Assembly (NCBI RefSeq): GCF_006345805.1
Contig: NC_042999.1
Span: 12,524,001 to 12,588,000 of the forward strand
DNA length: 64,000 nucleotides
Reading direction: 5' to 3'
From: Octopus sinensis
Taxonomy: Eukaryota
The notes under the pieces were generated by a model. It had not been told where the DNA came from. It saw nothing but the letters and a program-made list of their open reading frames with translations, and searched no databases. Positions within the stretch are counted from its first letter, which is position 1; every line of letters begins with the position of its first letter. A program made the position numbers and the translations under genes. Positions 37,090 to 48,319 of the stretch are shown here, piece after piece.

Positions 37090-37700
37090 GCCATGCACAA
37101 AAAAGATTCTTGTTCAGCAGCTGCCCTTTCAATAACATGTTGATGGTTTGTATGTATATATTTTTTATTTTCCAATATTAATATATATTTGTATAACTCT
37201 CTATAGCTTTTTTCTGCTAGTGCCCCTGTTATGTTATATTCTACTATACACACGTGGCCCTGTCTACATTATACTTTGTCTCGGCCAGTTACCATTTTTA
37301 AAACATACCTGTTAGCTTTTCGTTCTTATTTTTATGTTATTGTTTACTACACGTATAGACGTGCTTACACATTGATATGTCTGTCCTTTTTTCTCTTCCG
37401 TCTCTCTCTTTATTATTATTACTGTTATTTTTTCCCTTTTAAAACTTTCTTGTAAATATCCGATTTTTTCCCCTATTACCGCTTTTGTATTCTCCCTTAT
37501 TGTATCTTATTTTAATTTAATTTAATTTATTAAACCTTTTTTGATGTCCTTGCAAAATTCTTCACACTGATGAGAATGACAACGCATAAATTTAATTATA
37601 ATTACTATGATTATAATTTTTTCTTACATATTTGTATTGTCCATTGAAACATGCATATGTATTGAATTCTATTTTGTACTGAATCTAATTTTGATGCAAC
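37090..37700 (+). mobile_element. Probable Penelope-like 3' remnant / pseudo-LTR
   Basis: KRFLFSSCPFNNML resembles the PLE C-terminus; a hammerhead-like fold follows at 37564-37660. Confidence 0.45.
37564..37660 (+). ncRNA. Decayed minimal type-I hammerhead ribozyme
   Basis: aca-CTGATGA-g-aatgacaa...ttgtccatt-GAAAC-atgc-ATA-tgt; stem I aca/tgt; the triplet is ATA where GTA is expected, breaking one stem III pair. Confidence 0.55.
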
Positions 37701-37889
37701 ATCTTTTTCTCCTCCATTTTTCTATAATTGTTTTTTTCAACTACTATTTTCATATTCGTATTACTTGCTCTGGCTGTTTTTTTATGAATATAATGAATCT
37801 TTATTAGAAATCACTCTTTCTCTCTTTTTGGACTTCTCAAAAAATTTGAATTGTTCTCTTTTGAACTTATTTTTTCCTATATATATATA

Positions 37890-37938
<49 letters not shown>

Positions 37939-37974
37939 ATATACATATATATAATATATGTGGGACGAGGTGGT

Positions 37975-38512
37975 CAAGCATGACCTTCGTACTTTGAGTC
38001 TCACACGAAAGATCGAGACCTCTGAAGATATGCTGTGACTTCAAAGACCCGACGAATGAAGTGAGTTCATGGCTCGCAGGATGGCCTGCTGTGCTAACCT
38101 TAGATCATAGAGTGACCCGCTGTTCTTGAGGAGACCTATTGAGTCAAGTACATCAACATCAAAACAAAAATTCAAATGGAAATTGTAGTTAAAAACACCC
38201 GTGCCGGTGACACATAAAAAGCACTGTCCAAACGTGTTAGATGCCAGCGCCGCCTGATTGGCATCCGTGTTGGTGACATGTAAAAGCACCAACCGATCGT
38301 GGCCGTTTGCCAGCCTGCTCTGGCACCTGTGCCGGTTGCATGTAAAAAACACCTACTACACTCACGGAGTGGTTGGTGTTAGGAAGGGCATCCAGCTATA
38401 GAAACTCTGCCAGATCAGACCAGAGCCTGGTGCAGCCTCCATGGCTTACCAAACCCTGGTCGAACCGTCCAACCCATGCTAGCATGTAAAATGGACGTTA
38501 AATGATGATGAT
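37975..38512 (+). mobile_element. RTE 3' end
   Basis: aagcatgaccttcg...ggaagggcatccagctatagaaac...ggacgttaaatgatgatgat. Confidence 0.85.
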
Positions 38513-38804
38513 AATATATATATATGTATGTATGTATGTAGAAAGGGAGAGAGTTTATAATGAGTTAAACGGCAATGGAACTGAAGATATATATATATAA
38601 TATATATATATATATTATATAAAAGGGCTTAGTAAAATAAATTACTTTGCCGCATACTGAACTCGTTAGAAATAGCAGCTAAAAAAACTTTTTATAAAAC
38701 TATTTCTAACACTTAAAGAGAACCTCTCTCATATAGTGTTTGCTCAATTCAACTCAAGGAAGTATGGGGGTAGAGACATTAAAAAATCAAATGCAAAGGT
38801 TATT

Positions 38805-38857
38805 TGAGTACGTACGTTTCAAGATTAGTCAAAATCGACCCTTCTCTCATCAGCTCA
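38805..38857 (-). ncRNA. Minimal type-I hammerhead ribozyme, copy 1
   Basis: Reverse complement: tgag-CTGATGA-gaga..gtcgattttgac..tctt-GAAAC-gtac-GTA-ctca. Confidence 0.85.
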
Positions 38858-39367
38858 GAATGCCCTTGTTTGAATCTGAAAACACTGAAAATGGGAGCAT
38901 ACCCTTTCGGCTTGTTATCGCTTCTGAAGATCTGTTCCAAACTAACAGTGCCAACAAACTCAAATATGCAAGCGAAGAATTTCTGCTCTCCCCTTTCCAC
39001 CAGCGTGGGTTAAAATCAGCAAACACCATGTTTTTTTCGGTAAAATCCGAGACATTAAGTAGAGAGAGATGAATTATAATTTCAACAATTGAGGGTAAAA
39101 TTAATTAATTAATTAATCAATTTCACCAAGTATTCAGTATGCAAAGGGACCATTTAAGGCGAATTCAAATTATTACATTATATAAAAGGGCTTAGTAAAA
39201 TAAATTACTTTGCCGCATACTGAACTCGTTAGAAATAGCAGCTAAAAAAACTTTTTATAAAACTATTTCTAACACTTAAAGAGAACCTCTCTCATATAGT
39301 GTTTGCTCAATTCAACTCAAGGAAGTATGGGGGTAGAGACATTAAAAAATCAAATGCAAAGGTTATT

Positions 39368-39420
39368 TGAGTACGTACGTTTCAAGATTAGTCAAAATCG
39401 ACCCTTCTCTCATCAGCTCA
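39368..39420 (-). ncRNA. Minimal type-I hammerhead ribozyme, copy 2
   Basis: Identical to copy 1, 563 bp away. Confidence 0.85.
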
Positions 39421-40265
39421 GAATGCCCTTGTTTGAATCTGAAAACACTGAAAATGGGAGCATACCCTTTCGGCTTGTTATCGCTTCTGAAGATCTGTTC
39501 CAAACTAACAGTGCCAACAAACTCAAATATGCAAGCGAAGAATTTCTGCTCTCCCCTTTCCACCAGCGTGGGTTAAAATCAGCAAACACCATGTTTTTTT
39601 CGGTAAAATCCGAGACATTAAGTAGAGAGAGATGATTATAATTTCAACAATTGAGGGTAAAATTAATTAATTAATTAATCAATTTCACCAAGTATTCAGT
39701 ATGCAAAGGGACCATTTAAGGCGAATTCAAATTATTACATTATATAAAAGGGCTTAGTAAAATAAATTACTTTGCCGCATACTGAACTCGTTAGAAATAG
39801 CAGCTAAAAAAACTTTTTATAAAACTATTTCTAACACTTAAAGAGAACCTCTCTCATATAGTTTTATAAAAAGTTTTTTTAGCTGCTATTTCTAACGAGT
39901 TCAGTATGCGGCAAAGTAATTTATTTTACTAAGCCCTTTTATATAATGTAATAATTTGAATTCGCCTTAAATGGTCCCTTTGCATACTGAATACTTGGTG
40001 AAATTGATTAATTAATTATTAATTTTACCCTCAATTGTTGAAATTATAATTCATCTCTCTCTACTTAATGTCTCGGATTTTACCGAAAAAAACATGGTGT
40101 TTGCTGATTTTAACCCACGCTGGTGGAAAGGGGAGAGCAGAAATTCTTCGCTTGCATATTTGAGTTTGTTGGCACTGTTAGTTTGGAACAGATCTTCAGA
40201 AGCGATAACAAGCCGAAAGGGTATGCTCCCATTTTCAGTGTTTTCAGATTCAAACAAGGGCATTC

Positions 40266-40318
40266 TGAGCTGATGAGAGAAGGGTCGATTTTGACTAATC
40301 TTGAAACGTACGTACTCA
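40266..40318 (+). ncRNA. Minimal type-I hammerhead ribozyme, copy 3 (inverted arm)
   Basis: tgag CTGATGA gagaagggtcgattttgactaatctt GAAAC gtac GTA ctca; stem I tgag/ctca, palindromic GTAC loop III; predicted cut after 40314. Confidence 0.85.
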
Positions 40319-40600
40319 AATAACCTTTGCATTTGATTTTTTAATGTCTCTACCCCCATACTTCCTTGAGTTGAATTGAGCAAACACTATATGAGAGAGG
40401 TTCTCTTTAAGTGTTAGAAATAGTTTTATAAAAAGTTTTTAGCTGCTATTTCTAACGAGTTCAGTATGCGGCAAAGTAATTTATTTTACTAAGCCCTTTT
40501 ATATAATGTAATAATTTGAATTCGCCTTAAATGGTCCCTTTGCATACTGATACTTGGTGAAATTGATTAATTAATTAATTAATTTTACCCTCAATTGTTG

Positions 40601-40665
<65 letters not shown>

Positions 40666-40669
<4 letters not shown>

Positions 40670-40958
40670 TATTACATTGAATGAAATTCCAGCTTGGTTG
40701 GTTTTCATGTTTCATTATTTGCAATTTTACAATATTGAAAGAAAGCAGTATTTTCAAGTGTTACGCAATCATCAGGTTGATGTAGTGACAGTCGTGTTCC
40801 ACAGTTGTCAATTGTGCAACATGACTGTCACTACAGAAACCTGATGAGTGTGTAATACATGAAAATACTGTTTTATTTTAATATTGTAAAATTGTAAAAA
40901 TTGCAAATAATAAAACGTGAAAATCAGATTAAGTTGGAATTTCATTGATTAATATATT
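40666..40958. repeat. ~290-bp imperfect palindrome (fold-back element)
   Basis: atgaaattcc.../...ggaatttcat, cagtattttca/tgaaaatactg, tcatcaggtt/aacctgatga and gtagtgacagtc/gactgtcactac pair around about 40805. Confidence 0.85.
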
Positions 40959-41262
40959 CTTCTCTACACAATCATACAAACCCAGATATATCTATTTATA
41001 CATATTCAAGTGTGTGTGCGTGAAAGTTGTCATCTGTTAGTATGACAAGGTAACCTATACTAAGCTTTTACTGATTATTTTAAGTACCTATGTAGTTAAA
41101 ACCTACGTAGTTAAGTATCTATGTAGTTGCCATGAGATGTCAACACAATCTTAGTCCTCCTACCTTTGACTTGGTAGAGCATCCAGGAGGTGACAGCTGG
41201 GAGGAGGAGAGAGGCCTGTGCCAGCCCTCAGCTGCTCCTCATTTTCAACGAGTCGTCCAGAG

Positions 41263-41450
41263 CAGTGCTCCACAATCTTTTTTTTCACTTGCGGCACACT
41301 TGTATTCTTTTCAAAATCCGGCGGCACACCTGAACTAAAAACCTAATTAAAAGTACAGGAGAAAAAATTATATTTAGGTTATACTGTGGCACACCTAGCA
41401 TTGTCTCATTGCACATGAGTGTGCCACAGCATGCCAGTTGTGGAGCACTG
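41263..41450. mobile_element. hAT (Charlie/Buster-like) MITE
   Basis: 13-bp TIR cagtgctccacaa/ttgtggagcactg; 8-bp TSD gtccagag/gtctagag, which fits the NTCTAGAN target of Charlie-type hATs. Confidence 0.85.
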
Positions 41451-42208
41451 GTCTAGAGCAATGTGAACTGAAGTATCTTGCTCAAGGTTACAAAACACAT
41501 ACACTTATCCATTCTGGCACACACACATATACACAAAATACCCCTGATTATAGGACTTTTTCAATCCTTTTCTTCATTTTCATTGTTTTTCTCACATTCC
41601 TATGACTTTATGTTTATGTTTTCCAGTTTCAGCTCTTGAGCTGTGGCCATGCTGGGGCACCGCCATTGTTTTCGTACATTTTTACCCTCCCATTCTATCT
41701 TTTCCTTTTTTTTCTATTTCTTTATCAGTCCCCTCATTTCTCTCATCCTGCTCCTTACTTTCTTACATTTCCCCAATCTTTTTACTCTTCCTTTCTTTCA
41801 TCCTCCCTCTCTCTTTTAATTTCCTCGCTTTTCTTTAATTGCAGGTGCAATACATACATTCCTATTCTCTCCTAAATATTCATACCTGCCTATGTTCATA
41901 AATGCATCCACACAGACATATGTATTTATACTCACTGATATGCTACACATACAATACAACCATATATGAGAAGACACACAGATGTGTGCATTTTTATATA
42001 TACAGTCTATTTGTCCATCCATCCATCTAACTTTAGTCAATAGCCCTCTCCCTCTCTCTTTCTATGCAGTTTTCTATTTGTTTGTTTTTTTATTTGTTTT
42101 GCATCAGAGTCTGTGAAGTCTTTCCATCTTCAATAAAATGTTATGTTATTTAACTCTGCCTTTGGAATTTGAATGTTATTTTCTCTACTGTGTTTTGCAC
42201 AGTACCTG

Positions 42209-42243
<35 letters not shown>

Positions 42244-42987
42244 AGGATTCAGTAGCATTTCCTGCATAAATGCAAGGTATTCACTGCATACCTAAGATAA
42301 TGCAAATAACAATTCTGCTTTGAATATACCTGTTTCACTTTCATGAAGGTAGCTGGAAGGAGACTATATTCAGGCTGCGTTGCCCTACTTCAGTTATATG
42401 GCTTTGATTTCTAAAACTGCATATTCTTGCTTAATGACCAATGCTTCCCAACCCTGTGCTTTCAGGTTCAGCCCCACTATATGGCATCTTGGGATAGTCT
42501 CTTCTACAATAGTCTTGTGCCAACCAAAGACGTTTGAGTAGATTTCTTAGACACAAACTGAAATAAGACTGTCATATGTGCATGTGTTTGTGTAAATGTG
42601 GGCACATGTGTGTGTATATGTGTGTGCATGCATGTACACATGTGTATATGTGGGTATGTGTGTGTGTGTGTCTCCATGCCTTGAATCATACAGTAGTTGT
42701 AAACAAGTGTCAGTGTCACCCAAGTGGTGTCTTGCTTTCAATTTTTGAAGAGATACGTTTGGTGACAGAGAAATATTACTTTGTTTGGTGCCAGGAAGAG
42801 TATCTGACCACAGAAAATGTACTTGGACAAATATCTTCTGAGCCATACAGGAAACAGAAAGTAGAAAGTGAAGTGAGAAGGACAATATACAGAGATATTC
42901 AGACACACACATACACATGCATACCTCCATCCCTCATGTATACATGCATTTGAAACATACATACAAACGTACATACTTGTACATATG

Positions 42988-45900
42988 TTAGTTAGTTAGT
43001 TTTTTGGCTCAAAAAGCAAAAAGCAAGGCCATGTAAGGGGACATGGAGTTATGTACAGGGTGGTGTTCATGTAAAGAGTTCAGGCCATTTCTGGTCAAGG
43101 GAGACTTTGAACCGAGCGGTCGTCGGCATCTTCACTATCTTGTCCAACAGCTTATTCCACGGATCTGCAACCCGGACGGAGTAAGCCCCTCTCCTTCGAT
43201 TGAGATGAAATCATCGCAGATAGAGCTTTTCGGAGTGACCCCGCAGCCAATGCTCTGGAGCAGAAGTGAAGAACAGCTCTTTCGAGAGTTTACATTTTCC
43301 GGTTATGATGTTGTGAGCGTCATTGTTTTTCTAGAGAATAAAGTTCGAGTGTCTTCAGCCTTTCTTCATAAGACAAATGCTTGAGACCAAGAACCATGCA
43401 GGTAGCCAGCTTCTGGACTCTTTCGAGATGATGTATGTCTTTGAGGAGTTAAGGAGAAGAGGCTTGAATCCCGTACTCCAATATGGGTCTCACCAGTGTG
43501 ACATAGAGCGGTAGGAATATGGCTGCTGTGAGCATTCCGAATGACCGTCGAATCAAGAACAGAACTCCGTTTGCTTTGTTGGCAGCATGGACGCACTGGG
43601 CCGAAGGCGAAAAGGAGGAATCCACCAAGATACCCAGGTCCTTTACCTGGTCGGTCCTCTCCTGCAGCAGACGACCCGGCTCGAAATCAGGTTGAGTTGC
43701 AGGAGAAGAGCCAACAGGCAGATGACAGCACTTTGACACGTTCAGACACAGGTCCCATTCATTAGACTATCTCCAAATTTGGTGGAGGCATCGACGAAGA
43801 TCCTCTATATCACCATGAGGAGCGACCAGTTTGACATCATCGGCAAATAGAAGGGTGTGTTGCGTGAGGTCGTCGGGCAAGTCATTTATGAAGACTAAGA
43901 ACAATAAGGGCCCAAGCACTGAACCTTGAGGCACGCCACTGCTTGCACTGGAGACGTCGGACCGTGAACCATTAACTTGGACTTGGAAGGAGCGATCTGA
44001 GAGGAAGGCACCAACCCATCGTACAATATCCGGATGGAAACTATATGCTTGAAGCTTGACAAGTAGTAGGCGGTGGTTTGCCGAGTCAAAAGCTTTGGCA
44101 AAGTCCAATAAAACGATGTCAACAGCATCACTATCATCGAGGATGCACGTCACCAATTCTTCCATTACCAGTAAGTTGGTCAAGCATGATCTCTTCGGCA
44201 CGAAGCCGTGTTGGGAATCAGAGATAGAGGCTGTGTTTTGGAGGTGGAGCATCATACTTTACTTAAGGATGGTTTCGAACATCTTGCTGATTATTGATGT
44301 AAGGGAAACCGGTCGGTAGTTAAGTGGGTCTTCGTGGCTCCCTTTCTTGAAGATTGGGCAGATTATCGCTGTTCTCCAGTCCGCAGGTATAACACCCGTC
44401 GCCAATGACATATTGAATAGACGTGTTAAGGGATCACAGATGACCGAAGCCAACGCTTTGATAACCCGTGGGTGTATGCCGTCAGGGCCGTGACCCTTGT
44501 TGACATCGAGGCCTTGAATAACATGTTTGACTTTGTCCCGCATGATGACCAATCGAAGCATCGGAGGTACCGATCTATCAAATGGAGGGGGTTCACGACC
44601 ATCATCTTGTTTGAAAATAGTTGAAAAAGCCTCGGCATATAATTGACTCTGTGATAAGGGTCCTCAATCGATACAACTGTTGAGTCTACCAACGTTGCAA
44701 TTTGGTTGTTCAAGCGGGAATTCCGTTGGACATGGGCAAAGAAGGTTTTGGGATTGCTACTGGTGTTTGCCGCGATTTTGTATTCATAACTGAAGCGTTC
44801 TTCCTTTTCAATTTTCACGGCTCGGGCTCGTTGAGTTTTGTACACCTCAAAAGCTGCAGTTGAATCCAGATTTTTGAATTCAGTCCAAGCAATATCTCTG
44901 AGTCGAAGTTCTCGTTTAACCTTCTTTGTCACCCAGGGCTTGTGTTTCTTCTTCTTGGGAAGCCCAACGGGAACTGCTTGGTCAGTCAACCAGATTACAT
45001 ATGCTTTGAGGGACGACCATAGTTCGTCAACTGAGGACAACATCATCAGGGATCGCCAGTCCAGAAGTGCGGAAGCCTCGGTTAGAATTTCAAGATTAAT
45101 TGCAGAGAAGACTCTATGTGGCAGCGAAGTAGTCATGGGCGTAGAAAAAGTTGTGTGCATGATGAACTTCAGGACCGCATGATCACTGTTGGCAAGAGGG
45201 GCGCACACAGATACATCTGACACAGATACATCTGACACAGATACGTCTGACACAGATACGTCTGACACTGGATAGCGGTAGAATACCAGATCCAGCATAG
45301 ATGGCTGCTGCCCAGACCGATGCCTTGTCGGATATTCAACATGTTGCGATAGAAAACAATCTTCAGCCACGTCAAGAAGGGCCTGGCTGAACCAGGAAGA
45401 TGATGTACAAATTGATGCGGGCCAATCGATCGTGGGAGTGTTGAAGTCTCCTAATATCAAACAGTCATGAGAAGCTGAAACGAATCTTATCGCTTGGAGT
45501 AAATGAGCATCGTCCTAGGGGTTGGCAAGAGGTGGCCTGTAGACAGCTAACATGGGCAGGCAAAACCCGGATAGGCTCAGCTTGCAATAGACGGCATCGA
45601 ATTTTGTTGCAGGTTGAGCATTAGTGGGTAGAATACCGCTGGACAGTTTGAGATCAGATTTAACATACACAGCAACACCTCCACCTCGCTTTTTTTCTCT
45701 GTCACATCTGGAGAGGGCGTAGCCCTGTAGGTAGATTTCCGAGTCCTTTACTGCTGGAGTCAGCCAAGTCTCGGTGATAGCTATCACATCATGGGAATCA
45801 CGCATGGCCAGTGTAAATAGTTCGCTGAACTTTGGAAATAAGGAGCACGAGTTGGTATAGACGATGCTGAGATGTGAAGTTTGAGGGGCGGGAATTGGGG

Positions 45901-47460
45901 AACAAGCAGAATAAGGGGTATCAGAGATAGCATCGTTGACGGGGGTATCTACTTTACTTTGATTCGCCCTCAATTCACTTTCCCTGTCAGCACTACAGCA
46001 TGCGACCAGAGGTAGGACTTGATTATTTGTCCATCTTGGATGTGTAAACCCTTCTCTCCCATCTGTTTTCTCATCTTCAGTTCGGATATTAGGTTTCTTC
46101 GGCGAATTCTCTCTCACAGTGAGTATTTCTCACGAAAACCCATATTGGGGTCCTCCCAGGCATGCATCTGAGCTCTGTTCAGAAAGGTTGAATCCTCTTG
46201 ATCGGAAGAAAAGATTACTCTTATTGGGTGTGGTCTAGTGTCTGAGGTTGAGTTCGCTTGGAATCTTCCTAGCCGAGCGACCTTATGGATACTGACATTT
46301 TCATTGACAGAGAACAATTCTCCAACTAAAACGTAAGCAAAATTTATGTCTTCTTTTAGGCGGTTTATGCCTGTATCACAGGTGGATTCAGCTTTACCAT
46401 AAATGATTGCTGATCTTGAGTGGGCAAAATGGTCTTTCTGTTCTCTACTATGAGCTGCAGCATTCGATTCTTCGTTGGATGATTTTGAAAGGGTGGTTTC
46501 ATAGCCATCAGACTTATGTAGGCCTTTGAGGTCGATTGGAATGGGTTTAGTGGTCATAACTTTCCCGCCTGGTTTGGAACTGCACTGCCTCTTCTTCGGT
46601 TTGGAGGAGCACCACTCCCCAGATGAACTCACATCAAGATCGTTCAGAATTGGTTGAGCAATGGCATTAATGGGAAGGACAAGTGAGGGAGAATCCAAAC
46701 AGATTTTATCGTGATCAGGTTTCGTAGCTAAATCCGCCCCACTGGAGTTTTGACTACGTTTCTTCTTTTTGGGAGAACAACGGTCTTCAGGTGGGTTTGA
46801 GTCTACGCTCCTCAAATTAGATTGGGGAACCTCCGGGACCGAAAAGACAGATGAGGAAGAATCCGCACAGGAACGATCATGTGCGGAAACGACCGCCGGT
46901 TCCTTCGCCTTCCTTGGCCGCTTCGATTTTGTTCCCTTCGGTTTGGACGTCTTCAGGGAAGAAATCAAGGGTGGCTCTGCGTCAATAGGAGACTGTTTAT
47001 TCAGTAAATGAGCAACAACAGACTTTAGGTGCTCTACCTCTTGTTTGAGCAACAGCAACTGCTCGTTGAGATGACTGTTGTAGGACCATCATCCTGATGA
47101 GAAGTCCTGAGTTCAGGGCCCCCATGTGAAAGCCTGATATCACTGATCGCCTCACCAACTGAATTCTCCAAAAAAGGGTCAGCAGAGCAAGCCCTTCTCG
47201 CAGATCTCAGTTTCGATATGTAGGTAGCTGACATGATAGATGGTTGCCAAAAACAATCTTCTATGGGCTCCAGGACAAATCTGATTTAAAGCAGGAACAA
47301 AAACAGCTGCAATCCTTGTAGGAGTAGGCAACAGCAGACAAAAACTAAGAGAGTTTGGGCTGAACCGAATCACAATCCAAGACTGAAAGCAGACGGTGAA
47401 ACGAGTCGGGAACCCTTCCTAATTGTCTGAAGCAGCTTTAGGATAAGGAATAGTAGGTCC
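42988..47460 (-). mobile_element. Near full-length CR1-group LINE (5' region, ORF1-like region, EN-RT), pseudogenised
   Basis: Frames 46114-47058, 45515-46117 (YTN, IAITETWL, GGGVAVY), 44426-45460 (GDFN, MLDLV), 44259-44561 (GPDGIHPRV, NYRPVSLTS), 43767-44255 (DFAKAFD, PQGSVLGP, FADD) and 43449-43739; (TAAC)n tail at 42988. Confidence 0.92.
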
Positions 47461-47948
47461 AACTTTAGAATATTGATATGCATGTAAAATGTACATATAT
47501 ATATTTTCATATAACATTCGTCCTATCCAGGATGTCACATTTGTTGGCAAATAATCTTTACTTTAGAGTACTGTTACTGAATGTCTCTCAAGAGACTAAG
47601 AAATAATAATTTTTCTATTTATTGAATCAGTGACTGTGTGTCACTTTGAAAATTATACATATATTCAAATGGGAATTTGACAGCACCACCTCCAGCCGAG
47701 CAGTTATTCTGTGCTGAGAAAGAGAAATAACCCAGAAAACACGGTCCACAGATATTGCTTTATGCTGAGTGAGCACGCTAAACTCCCCCATTTGAAAATA
47801 TAAAGACACAGATTGTGTGTCATATTGCCAGCTGGAAATGATGTTTCCTGTAACAGAAATATTCGTCCCAACTGGGATTGCCACATTATGTCATTATGTT
47901 GGCAAATAACCATTACTTTAGAATACTGTTACTGAATGTCTCTCGTTG

Positions 47949-47980
<32 letters not shown>

Positions 47981-48319
47981 TTATCAATTCATTTTGCAAG
48001 AAGAACAGAATGGAGTGAGTGGAGCAAGAACATTCATGGAAACGAAAAGTGTCACTCTGAAGAGGTCACAGATGTGTGACAAAACATTTCCAGACAATGG
48101 ACAGGCATTAAAATAATAAAATAACAGTAATATACAAGGGAAGAAAAAAATATATATTGTACATGTGTTTATTTGGCAAAAGAAAAAAAAGAATAATAAA
48201 TAAAATGACCATCCTGAAGTACAACAATATATATATGTATATGTGTGTGTGTGTGTGTGTATACTTGGTTTTTTAGATTCTTTATGTGAGTTTGTATGTT
48301 GAAGCATATTTTGTTGTGA

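Larger units (their letters stand above)
38610..40610. mobile_element. 563-bp-unit tandem plus inverted array carrying hammerhead ribozymes (retrozyme / PLE pseudo-LTR-like)
   Basis: About 2.2 direct units (the identical 110-aa frames at 38740 and 39303 give the 563-bp period), then about 1.3 inverted units from 39858; near-identical sequence; both ends abut (TA)n. Confidence 0.85.

Noticed and set aside
38740-40383. Three identical 110-aa ORFs, plus 66- and 69-aa ORFs, in the 563-bp array
   Set aside because: The 110-aa frame has a non-ATG start, lies antisense to the ribozyme and has no recognisable motif; identity simply reflects the DNA repeat
42978-47498. tgtacatat as TSD of the long CR1
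   Set aside because: Low-complexity TA-rich context makes a 9-bp match weak, and the 5' boundary is uncertain
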